Assembly (NCBI GenBank): GCA_041694815.1
Contig: JBGFSC010000047.1
Span: 32,001-96,000 of the forward strand
Length of the DNA: 64,000 bases
Direction: 5' to 3'
Origin: Elusimicrobiota bacterium
Lineage (GTDB): Bacteria; Elusimicrobiota; Elusimicrobia; UBA1565; JACRDR01
Positions 38,040 to 46,301 of this stretch are shown one piece after another (position 1 is the first letter of the stretch; every line of letters starts with the position of its first letter). The translations under genes were made by a program, and so were the position numbers. Below the pieces are notes generated by a model. That model did no database searches, was not told the DNA's origin, and saw only the letters and a program-made list of their open reading frames with translations.

Positions 38040-38086
38040 ACTCGTCGCGCGAAGCGCGACGAGTCACGCGCCCGAGGCGCGTAAAA
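38040..38086. repeat. Tandem perfect hairpins (REP-like or terminator)
   Basis: ACTCGTCGCGC-GAA-GCGCGACGAGT (11 bp stem) and ACGCGCC-CGA-GGCGCGT (7 bp stem), then AAAA. Confidence 0.6.
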
Positions 38087-38107
38087 GCCGCCGTTCAGAC
38101 TCGAGGA

Positions 38108-39151
38108 CTACTCGTCCAAGCTGAACGCCTTGATACCGGCCGGGTCGCGCTTTTGCGCGAGGAAGCGCAGGTTCACGCTGAACCAATGCGTGTTGTAGAG
38201 GGAATCGATGCTGTACTGGAAGGCGTAGTCGATCGAGATGCCGGCCGAGCGCGTATCCCACGCGTAGCCGAAGCCCGCGGTCGGGTCGTAGGCGTTGGCG
38301 CCGGCTCGCAGCCAGAACCCCTTGTAAGCCTTCCACTCCCCGCCCAGGTGCACCTTTAGGTTCTGGTCCCGCGCCTTGACGAAGTCCAGGGCAAGGCTCC
38401 ATTTCGGATTCGGCGAATAGGCGGTCCCTAACACGTACTTGGTCGTGACCGGCTCGCTGTAGCTATACTCCGCGCCGATATTATCGTCGCTCAATTTCCA
38501 GTCCAGCGCGCCGCTCAGGTCACGGACCAAGAAACCTAGGTCGAATTTTCCCCACCGCGTCTGCGGCAGACGGTAAATCGCCCCGACGTCGAAGGAATTG
38601 CCGTCGGCGGAGGCGGCGTGCAGTTTCTGCGTCAGGATCTTGCCCGTGAACCCGACTGAAAAATTCTCGATCGCCTGCAGGCCCAGCGAGAAATAGTAGG
38701 CGTGCTCGGAGTTCTCGAAGTTGCTTTGCGGCTGGCCGAACTCGCTGCGTCCCTCGATGTTCTTGGTGGCGAAGGAGGCGAGGCCCCCTGCCAGCGCGAT
38801 GTAGATGCTCTGGGAGCCTTGGCGGAAATCCCAACCCTCGTGCCGGATCGTCCAAGGCAGCAGGTAGCCGACGAAGTACAGCGACCGGTCGATTCCGAGC
38901 ACGCCGGAATTCGTCGCCAAGGAATGGGCGGGCACGAAGGTCATCAGCCCGGGGTTGGCGAGCAAAGCCGTCGCGTCCATGGGCTCCAGTGCGGCGCGGG
39001 CCTGGCCCATGGCGATGGCCCTCGCCCCGGCGACCAGGTCAAGGTAGGCCGCAGCCCCCTTGGCGTACCCGGAATCCTCGGCAAGAGCGGTGCCGGCGGA
39101 CAGCAAAAGAACCGCGGACGCGGCGGCAAGTCCTTTCAACGCCCGACCCAT
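38108..39151 (-). CDS. PorV/PorQ-like (FadL-superfamily) outer membrane beta-barrel
   Basis: Signal peptide, GARAIAMGQA...NPG, alternating beta strands, DVGAIY, GGEW, LRAG, IDYAF...THWFSV. Confidence 0.8.
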   Translation of the reverse strand: MGRALKGLAAASAVLLLSAGTALAEDSGYAKGAAAYLDLVAGARAIAMGQARAALEPMDATALLANPGLMTFVPAHSLATNSGVLGIDRSLYFVGYLLPWTIRHEGWDFRQGSQSIYIALAGGLASFATKNIEGRSEFGQPQSNFENSEHAYYFSLGLQAIENFSVGFTGKILTQKLHAASADGNSFDVGAIYRLPQTRWGKFDLGFLVRDLSGALDWKLSDDNIGAEYSYSEPVTTKYVLGTAYSPNPKWSLALDFVKARDQNLKVHLGGEWKAYKGFWLRAGANAYDPTAGFGYAWDTRSAGISIDYAFQYSIDSLYNTHWFSVNLRFLAQKRDPAGIKAFSLDE

Positions 39152-40962
39152 TTGAGCACCGCGATCTTGCCGGTAGCCGAACGCTCGCCCATGCTGACGC
39201 GGTAGAGGTAGACCCCGTTGGCGACGTCCGCGATCGGCCAATTCACTTCCTGCCAGCCGGCGCCCGGGGCATTGACGCTCAGGGTTCGGATGGCGCGGCC
39301 CGCGGTAGTAAAGAGCTGGATCTCGGCGGAGCCGGCGGACTCGGCGTAAAAGGTTATTTTGGCGCTTCCCTGATGCACGGGATTCGGGTAGGAAAAGCTC
39401 TGTAATTGATTGCCGGCCGAGAGGACGGAAGGGTTCGTCGAGGCTCCTGCCTCAGTCGTGTCCGTCACGATGGCCTGGAAGTAGGAGTCGGCGCGCCCGG
39501 CCGCGACGATCCGGACGGTGTAGGTCCCAGCGGGGAGGCTGCCCACCGCGTAGGTCCCGTCGGTCTGCGTCGTGGCGGCGCCGATCTGCACGCCTCCGTT
39601 GAGCACCGTCACCGCGGCGCCGGCGATGGGGACGCCGTAGATGTCTGTCGCCTGGCCGTAGACCGCGTTGGGAATATTGGTGAGGAAAACGTTGCGTAGC
39701 ACGTTCACGGAGCTGGCTCCTACCTGCGTAATCACACTGAAAGTCTGAGTACCCAGGTTGCGGCCCACGGCCTTCACCCTCCAGTCCACCTCGGCGGTGG
39801 CCGAGGACGCCACCACTCCGCTGCCGGCGACTACCTCGATCGGCTTGGTGGCCGTCTCGCCCGTATCCAAGGAGAAGCCCGGCCTAAGGCGCAGCGTGGC
39901 CTGCGCGCCTGAAACGGCCGAAGCGGTGACGTTCGAGAAGAAAGCCGATACGACGAAGGGGGATGGATGATACACGTACGAATTCCCCTGCACCTCGCCC
40001 GTGAGTTCGGCCGGGGCAAACAGCCCTATCTGGAAAGGCGACCAGTTCTGGAAGGTGTAATCCCCCAGCCCATAGAGGATGGCGAAGCTGGTGGTGCCCC
40101 CCGGCAGGAGATTGATCGCCTTGGCGTCTGGATACCCCCACCAAACGATCACCGAACTGTCGCTGTCGGGGCTGGATCCGGAGATCTTGCCGTCGTTGTT
40201 GTTGTCGAGGAAGGAGCGCGTGGGATCGACCGTATAATCCCAAGCGCCGCTCGAGATGGGCCAGTAACCGAATACCAGCCGATCCGGAGTCTTGTAGCCG
40301 ATATTATTAAAGGTAAACAGCCCGATCGCCGTCGGGTTGGCCAGGCTGTCGAAAACGAGGGTCGTCAATGGGATGCTGCTGACGTTCACGGTGGCCGGGT
40401 CGTTGTCGAACTGCCTGTCCTTGGTGATCTCCCCTACGAAAGGGACCCGGAAAGGCGCGCCGTCGTTGGATCCCAGCATCGTGTCGAGCTGCACGCGCAG
40501 GCCGACGTTGTGGGCGACGCTATCGAGATTAGTCAATTGGTAGAAGATCTCCACCGTATCCTGGTTCCGGGTGCCCCTAGACTTAACGATGCTTAAGCGC
40601 TCGGTGACGCGGATATTCGCCGTCGTGATGTTCACCGTGCCGACCATGCCGCTCAAGATCGCGCCGGTGCTCGAGCCGGTATGGATGGAGTAGGAGGTCG
40701 CGTCCACACGGAGCATCGTGTCGCTCGTCGAGGCGCCGGGGTGCCCGAAGAGCAGCTTGCGCCCCGCCCCGTCGCCGATGGTGAATTTGCCGTCGTCCTT
40801 GAGCGTGACCTGAATGAAAGAGTTATTGTTGGTGACTGTGGCGGCCGGGGCGAAGGCGGTCCGCGCCGATTGCGTCGCGTAGGACGACTTGGATTGGACG
40901 GGAGCGTTTTGGGCCCAAAGAGGCGACGCGCAGAGCAGCCAAAGCACGGGAGCCGGTCGCAT
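39136..40962 (-). CDS. Secreted beta-rich protein with carboxypeptidase-regulatory-like domain and T9SS type A-like C-terminal domain
   Basis: Signal peptide MRPAPVLWLLCASPLWA, GVPIAGAAVTV..TDGTY..LPAGTY, SYPNP...GVYLYRV...GKIAVLK. Confidence 0.75.
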   Translation of the reverse strand: MRPAPVLWLLCASPLWAQNAPVQSKSSYATQSARTAFAPAATVTNNNSFIQVTLKDDGKFTIGDGAGRKLLFGHPGASTSDTMLRVDATSYSIHTGSSTGAILSGMVGTVNITTANIRVTERLSIVKSRGTRNQDTVEIFYQLTNLDSVAHNVGLRVQLDTMLGSNDGAPFRVPFVGEITKDRQFDNDPATVNVSSIPLTTLVFDSLANPTAIGLFTFNNIGYKTPDRLVFGYWPISSGAWDYTVDPTRSFLDNNNDGKISGSSPDSDSSVIVWWGYPDAKAINLLPGGTTSFAILYGLGDYTFQNWSPFQIGLFAPAELTGEVQGNSYVYHPSPFVVSAFFSNVTASAVSGAQATLRLRPGFSLDTGETATKPIEVVAGSGVVASSATAEVDWRVKAVGRNLGTQTFSVITQVGASSVNVLRNVFLTNIPNAVYGQATDIYGVPIAGAAVTVLNGGVQIGAATTQTDGTYAVGSLPAGTYTVRIVAAGRADSYFQAIVTDTTEAGASTNPSVLSAGNQLQSFSYPNPVHQGSAKITFYAESAGSAEIQLFTTAGRAIRTLSVNAPGAGWQEVNWPIADVANGVYLYRVSMGERSATGKIAVLKWVGR

Positions 40963-41050
40963 GCCGCTAATACGTAACAGGAACTTCAAAAAAATGCAAT
41001 ACATTCTTAGGTGCCTGGGCGAAAGTCAATCCCTGGCACCTAGGCCACGC

Positions 41051-41779
41051 TTAATCGAAAACGCGGTAGCGGAGTATGGCGATAAGCACCCGGATTCCAT
41101 CGCGCCAGAAGCGGATCTTCTTGCCCTCAGCCCTTGAGCGGGCCTTATAGGAGACGGGGACTTCCTCGATGCGGCAGCCGCTTCTGACCAGTTTGGCCGA
41201 GATTTCCCAATCATAGTCGAAGCCGTCGCTCTTAAACGTGATCCGTTTGAGCCGGTCGGCCTTGAATACCTTGAACATCGTCGCCCCGTCGCTTAAGCGG
41301 GTGCCGTAGAGCAGATTAAAAAGCGTGGTGAATAAGACCCCGCCCAGGTTGACGAAGAAGCCGTAGAAGCGCTCGAGCCCCTTGAATCTCCTGAACTGCC
41401 AGTGCTGGGGTGAGGTGAGTACGCGGGAGCCGAAAACCATCTCGCAGCGCTCTTTTAGGATCGGCTCGAGCACAGCGGAATAATCGTCGGTCGAGTACTC
41501 CAGGTCCCCGTCCTGGACCAGCACCACGTCGCCGGTGACGAGCTCCAGCCCCGAACGCACGGCCGCCCCCTTGCCACGCGGACGGTCCTCGAAAACGACG
41601 CGCACCCCCTGGCGACCCTCGTAGGAGCGGACGATCTCGCGGGTGCCGTCGCTCGAGTGGCCCTCGACGATGATGATCTCTTTCTCCACCCCGTGGATTT
41701 GAGTCGCGAGCACCCGGTCCAAAAGCGCGCCCACCGTCGCTCGCTCGTTGTAAACGGGGACGATGATGGAAAACTTCAC
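41051..41779 (-). CDS. GT2 glycosyltransferase (Dpm1-like)
   Basis: IIVPVYNE, GKGAAVR, QDGDLEY, GSR, EGKKI.W.DG. GTGA overlap sets the start. Confidence 0.9.
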   Translation of the reverse strand: MKFSIIVPVYNERATVGALLDRVLATQIHGVEKEIIIVEGHSSDGTREIVRSYEGRQGVRVVFEDRPRGKGAAVRSGLELVTGDVVLVQDGDLEYSTDDYSAVLEPILKERCEMVFGSRVLTSPQHWQFRRFKGLERFYGFFVNLGGVLFTTLFNLLYGTRLSDGATMFKVFKADRLKRITFKSDGFDYDWEISAKLVRSGCRIEEVPVSYKARSRAEGKKIRFWRDGIRVLIAILRYRVFD

Positions 41780-42405
41780 CGGTGCTGCTTCAGGAAAAAG
41801 GTCAGTATGTGGCCGATGCTCAGGTGCAGGTCCTCGATGACGCCGTACTGGTCGGAGGCGACGAGTATCGGCAGCTCGACGAGGCGCTTGAGCTTGCCGC
41901 CGTCGAATCCCAAGAGGGCAGCGGTCTTGGCGCCCCGCGCCCGGGCCAGGCGGGCGGCGCGCAGCAGGTTGGGCGAGTTCCCGCTGCCGCTGACGAGGAG
42001 CACCACGTCTCCCCGGCCCACGAGATTCTCCATCTGCCGCGAGAATATCTCGTCGAAGGATAGATCGTTGCCGATGGCGGTGATGAGAGAGGTATTGTCG
42101 GCTAGGGATAGGCAGCGCAGCTGCTCGCGTCCCGGCACGGACGCCGTTTTCGAGAGGTCGGTGGCGATATGCGAGGCGGTGGCCGCCGAGCCGCCGTTTC
42201 CCATGACGAACACCGTGCGCTTCGAGCGTCGCGCGGCGAGCACCCATTCCGCAAGCCTGCCGACTCCCTCGAAATCGAGCTCCTCCCATTGGGCTAGAGC
42301 CTGGTTGCGGTACCAGCGGGCAAAGCCCTCGGGCGAAAGCCCCCCAGGCCCGGTCTTGTGGATACGGCCGGGCAGAGTCCCTCGAATCCTGTTATTGGCT
42401 GACAT
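41776..42405 (-). CDS. gmhA: Sedoheptulose-7-phosphate isomerase (SIS domain)
   Basis: GNGGSAATASH, TAIGND, SGSGNS, GFDGG, EDLH. Confidence 0.85.
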   Translation of the reverse strand: MSANNRIRGTLPGRIHKTGPGGLSPEGFARWYRNQALAQWEELDFEGVGRLAEWVLAARRSKRTVFVMGNGGSAATASHIATDLSKTASVPGREQLRCLSLADNTSLITAIGNDLSFDEIFSRQMENLVGRGDVVLLVSGSGNSPNLLRAARLARARGAKTAALLGFDGGKLKRLVELPILVASDQYGVIEDLHLSIGHILTFFLKQHR

Positions 42406-43363
42406 AGATGATTTTGGAGCCCTCCGGCTCGAAGCGGAACGGGATCTCGCGCCAGCCGCGCAGCACGCGCACGACCTTGGCCCGCTTGGCCGGCGGGCAG
42501 AAGAGCAGGAGGAACCCTCCGCCCCCCGCGCCGAGTATCTTGCCCCCCACGGCCCCGGCGCGCCGGGCCGCCTGGTAGGCCGCGTCGATGTGCGGCGTGC
42601 TGATGCCTCCGGCGAGGCTTTTCTTGAGTTCCCAGCCCTCGCGCAGCGTCTCGCCGACGGCCTCGACGCGCCCTGCCTGCAGCTCGCGACGCAGGGACTC
42701 CGCCTGGCGGCGCATGGCCTCGAGCGTCTCCTCATGCGCCTTGTACTGCGCCCGCGCGCGGCGCAACAACGGTGCCGCCCGTCGGGTGACGCCGGAGTAC
42801 AGCAGCGCGAGGTGCTCGCCCAGGCGCTGGAAGGTACGCACCGGGCAGATTAGGGGATCGACGCGCACGCTCTCGTCCGGCATGAACTCCATGAATTGGA
42901 AGCCGCCGTAGGCGGCGATGTACTGGTCCTGCTTGCCGATGGGCTCCTTGAGCCGCTCGATTTCAACTTCGCAGGCCTCGCGGGCCAGTTGCTCGGCCGT
43001 CCTAAACTCTCCCTTGAAGGCGTGCAGGGCGTGGAGCACGCCCACCGTAAAGCTCGAGGAGGATCCCAGCCCCGTCCCGCCGACCACGTCGGCCATCGAG
43101 GTGATCTCCACGCCCTTTTCGATGCCCGCTTTGCGCAGGCATTCCCGCAGCAGGGGGTGCTGCACCTCGTCGACCTTCGACACGAGCTCGGTGCGCGAAT
43201 ACTTCAGGATGATATGGTCGTCGAAATAGCGGTTGACCGTTACGTACATGTACTTGTCGATAGCGGTCGACACCACCGCCCCGGCCGAGCTGCGGTAGAA
43301 TTCGGCCAGATCCGTGCCGCCGCCGGCGAAGCTCACCCGAAACGGCGTCCTCGAAATAATCAT
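42392..43363 (-). CDS. hddA: Second HddA-like GHMP sugar kinase
   Basis: RTPFRVSFAGGGTD, GLGSSS, GKQDQY, GGKILGAGGGGF. Confidence 0.85.
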   Translation of the reverse strand: MIISRTPFRVSFAGGGTDLAEFYRSSAGAVVSTAIDKYMYVTVNRYFDDHIILKYSRTELVSKVDEVQHPLLRECLRKAGIEKGVEITSMADVVGGTGLGSSSSFTVGVLHALHAFKGEFRTAEQLAREACEVEIERLKEPIGKQDQYIAAYGGFQFMEFMPDESVRVDPLICPVRTFQRLGEHLALLYSGVTRRAAPLLRRARAQYKAHEETLEAMRRQAESLRRELQAGRVEAVGETLREGWELKKSLAGGISTPHIDAAYQAARRAGAVGGKILGAGGGGFLLLFCPPAKRAKVVRVLRGWREIPFRFEPEGSKIIYVSQ

Positions 43364-44640
43364 GCCCGCGCCGTCCGTCGACTGTCTTCGATCACCCATT
43401 CGGCGGCACGCAGCACGTCATCGCAGATGCTGTCGGGCTTGGCCGGGAAGCGGCCGTCCTTGCCGGCGTTTCCCGTGCGCACAAGGACGGCGCGGCAGCC
43501 CGCGTTGCGGGCGGTTTGGATGTCGCGGGTCGAGTCGCCGATGAAATAGGACCGGGAGATGTCGATGCCCAGCCGCCGCGCCGCCGCGCCGAGCATTCCC
43601 GTCTTGGGCTTGCGGCAATCACAGTCGCGCCGGTAGCGGGGGTCGCTGGCCTCCGGGTGATGCGTCTCGGGGTGGTGCGGGCAGTAGTAAAGGGCGTCTA
43701 GCTCGGCCCCGCCTTCCTTGAGCAGGGCCTTGAGCCGCTCATGGATGCGGCCGAGCCCTTCCTCGTCGACGAGCCCCCGGGCGACCACCGGCTGATTGGT
43801 CGCGAGCACGACCAGCGCCCCAGCCTCGCGCAACCGGCGCACCGCCTCGGCGGCGCCGGGGAGCAGGCGCAGGTCCTCCGGCCGTGACACTAGCCCGAGA
43901 TCGTCGGTGAGCACGCCGTCGCGGTCGAGGAAGGCGGCCCATTTGCGGCTGCGCGCGAAGGATTCGGCGCGCTCCGGAGTGCCGATGTCGACGATCTCCT
44001 CGCCGCAGCGGTAGGCCATTAGCTCCAGCCCCTGCGCGAGCGCCGCGGGAAAAATGTCGCGCCCGAAATCGCTGGGGGCATCCTTGGGGACCAGCTCGAG
44101 CAGACTCGGACGAAGCACCCAAACAGCGGCGCAGGCCAAGTTCTCGAAGGCCTCGCCGGGGGCGGCCCGAAAGAAAGCGGTGATTCGGTCACCCTCGGTC
44201 CGGACCAGGTCGGAATCGAGTGGGTGCCCGCTGGGATGGACAACGAGGGTGGCGGCGGCGGCGTGGCTTTCATGGAAGCGCAGCAGCTTGGCGCAGTCGA
44301 GGGCGACATAGAGGTCTCCATAGACGACAAGTACGTCGCTCGAGAGCCCCAAATCGCGCACCGCGCCGGCCGTCCCCCGCGGCTCCTTTTCGACCTGGTA
44401 GCGAAGCTTGAGCCCCCAGCGTGAGCCGTCGCCGCAGTGCGAACGGATCATCTCGGCCTTGTAACCGAGGCACAGGCATACGTCCCGCACGCCAGAGCTC
44501 TGGAGCCACTCCAATTGATGCTCGAGCAACGGCTTGCCGGCGAGCGGCAGCATGGGCTTGGGAACCTGGTCGGTCGCCGGGCGCATGCGAACGCCGCGGC
44601 CGCCGGCTACGATGGCCGCTGGCAGCATTCCGGAACCCAT
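43360..44640 (-). CDS. Fusion of nucleotidyltransferase (HddC-like) and heptose-1,7-bisphosphate phosphatase (GmhB-like)
   Basis: AGGRGVRM..PKPM, GTAG, YGD, DIGTP, then FLDRDG, TNQP, CPHHP..CDCRKP, IGD..DI. Confidence 0.9.
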   Translation of the reverse strand: MGSGMLPAAIVAGGRGVRMRPATDQVPKPMLPLAGKPLLEHQLEWLQSSGVRDVCLCLGYKAEMIRSHCGDGSRWGLKLRYQVEKEPRGTAGAVRDLGLSSDVLVVYGDLYVALDCAKLLRFHESHAAAATLVVHPSGHPLDSDLVRTEGDRITAFFRAAPGEAFENLACAAVWVLRPSLLELVPKDAPSDFGRDIFPAALAQGLELMAYRCGEEIVDIGTPERAESFARSRKWAAFLDRDGVLTDDLGLVSRPEDLRLLPGAAEAVRRLREAGALVVLATNQPVVARGLVDEEGLGRIHERLKALLKEGGAELDALYYCPHHPETHHPEASDPRYRRDCDCRKPKTGMLGAAARRLGIDISRSYFIGDSTRDIQTARNAGCRAVLVRTGNAGKDGRFPAKPDSICDDVLRAAEWVIEDSRRTARA

Positions 44641-44648
44641 CTTAGCAA

Positions 44649-46301
44649 TTAAGGAGTGGGCGGGGGCAGAACCATCGGCCTTTCTGGTTTTAACTCCGAG
44701 CGCTGCAGCTCCACTTCCTGGAGCAGCAGGCTGGGGTTCACCGTGGAGGTCGGCAAGGATCCCGACGCATGTTCCGAGAGGGAGTCAGTAACTTCGAAAT
44801 CGTCGCCGGCCGCGAGTATGCGGCCCGCCAGATCGAGCGGAGTGCCGACCAAGTCGAGATCGCGGACGAGAGTCTGCCGCCCGCTGTCGGTCTCGACGAG
44901 GTAAACGCGCGTCGGGACCAAGCGCAGGGCTTGCTGCTGCCCAGTCTTATCCTGCTGCCTCCAGCTGCGCACTCCCTGGATGTAGACCCCGTACGGCTTG
45001 CCGCGGCGGCGGCATTCCTCACGCAAGAGTTCCAGCAGGTGGGGCTTGGAAAGAGGCCGATTCGAACGGAGAAATAGATTACCCGCCCGGCCCGTCGGCA
45101 TCAGGCCGGGCGCCGCGCGCCCATGCCCGTTGGAGCGGCCGAATCCAATGACAGGGTGCCGCGAGAGCAGAAAGCCGCGCAATACCCCATTCTCCACTAA
45201 TACGGTTCTGCGCGGCTCCACGCCTTCCTCGTCGACGTGATAATGCCCGAGCAGGGCGCGTCCTCGGAATTCACGCAGGGTCGGATCGTCCTCGAGACTG
45301 AGGAATGGCGGCATCACCGCCTTGCCCAATTTGTCGCGGAATGTCTGGGCCCCATCCGGATCGCGCTGCTGCTCGCCCGAAAGCCGCAGGGCGAAGGCCT
45401 GCAGGACGGCGGCCCCCACGGACGGGTCGAGCAGGGCGGGGGCGTTGAAGGGAGACGTGGAAGAAGCCTCCGTGAGGGCGGCCATGTCTTCGGCCATGGC
45501 CTGGATCTCGGCGGAAAGTCGTTCTCCCTGGGGCAGGCCCGAGGCGTCACGGGCCATGTAGGAACGCGCTAGTTTCGTACGCATGCCCTCGGGGCTCAGG
45601 CCTTCCGCCTCCAGCTGCAAACGGAACCAAGAATCCCCATAGCGCACACGGCTTCCCTCGGAATCGATGTGCAGGTTGCCCAACGCCTGCCAGCTGAGCT
45701 CGGCCTGGGAATCGAGCACGTGTGTCCTGCCGGCCAAACCTCGCGACGCCTCCAGGCACGCCTGCCGGCCCGCCCCCTCGAAGGCCTCCCGCTCGCGCTC
45801 GAGATCCGGCCTTGGGAAATCACGGCGCAGCGGCGTCTGGCGGCTGCGGTCATCGGTGTCGTATTCCGTCGGCCCACGGCGCACGCGCAACGCCTGCTTG
45901 CGCAGCAGGGCCGCCGCGGCCTTCTTGTATTCCGCGTCCAGGTGGAACCACGTGAAGTGCCTTACGGAAAGTTCGTCCGCCCCGTCGGGCATCTCGCGTC
46001 CCTTGAAACCCTCCGAGGCGCCTAAGGGATGGTTATCGAGCTCGTAGCCGCCAACCCGCAGCTCGGGCGTCAACAGGCGCTGGCGGCTGGCGGCGGAGCT
46101 TTTCAATCCTCCCGCCGAGCAGCGATGCTCGCCCGAGAGCACGTCGGACACTCGAAGCCCGATGTAATACGGAAGTGGGTATCCCTCCTGCCGCAGCGAG
46201 CTCGTCGAGCGGGCGATCTCGCGCGCGAGGGCTTCCTCCAGATCCGCGGAGGCAGGAGCGGCCAGCACGCAGCAGAGCAAGAAGGAGAGGCTACTTCTCA
46301 T
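44649..46301 (-). CDS. TldE/PmbA-like protein with signal peptide
   Basis: Paralogue of the adjacent TldD (DDPT, DEEG, SNGHGR, GTP) without HExxxH. Confidence 0.75.
   Translation of the reverse strand: MRSSLSFLLCCVLAAPASADLEEALAREIARSTSSLRQEGYPLPYYIGLRVSDVLSGEHRCSAGGLKSSAASRQRLLTPELRVGGYELDNHPLGASEGFKGREMPDGADELSVRHFTWFHLDAEYKKAAAALLRKQALRVRRGPTEYDTDDRSRQTPLRRDFPRPDLEREREAFEGAGRQACLEASRGLAGRTHVLDSQAELSWQALGNLHIDSEGSRVRYGDSWFRLQLEAEGLSPEGMRTKLARSYMARDASGLPQGERLSAEIQAMAEDMAALTEASSTSPFNAPALLDPSVGAAVLQAFALRLSGEQQRDPDGAQTFRDKLGKAVMPPFLSLEDDPTLREFRGRALLGHYHVDEEGVEPRRTVLVENGVLRGFLLSRHPVIGFGRSNGHGRAAPGLMPTGRAGNLFLRSNRPLSKPHLLELLREECRRRGKPYGVYIQGVRSWRQQDKTGQQQALRLVPTRVYLVETDSGRQTLVRDLDLVGTPLDLAGRILAAGDDFEVTDSLSEHASGSLPTSTVNPSLLLQEVELQRSELKPERPMVLPPPTP

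Noticed and set aside
41657..42853. 398 aa plus-strand ORF
   Set aside because: Antisense to gmhA/hddA; no independent evidence.
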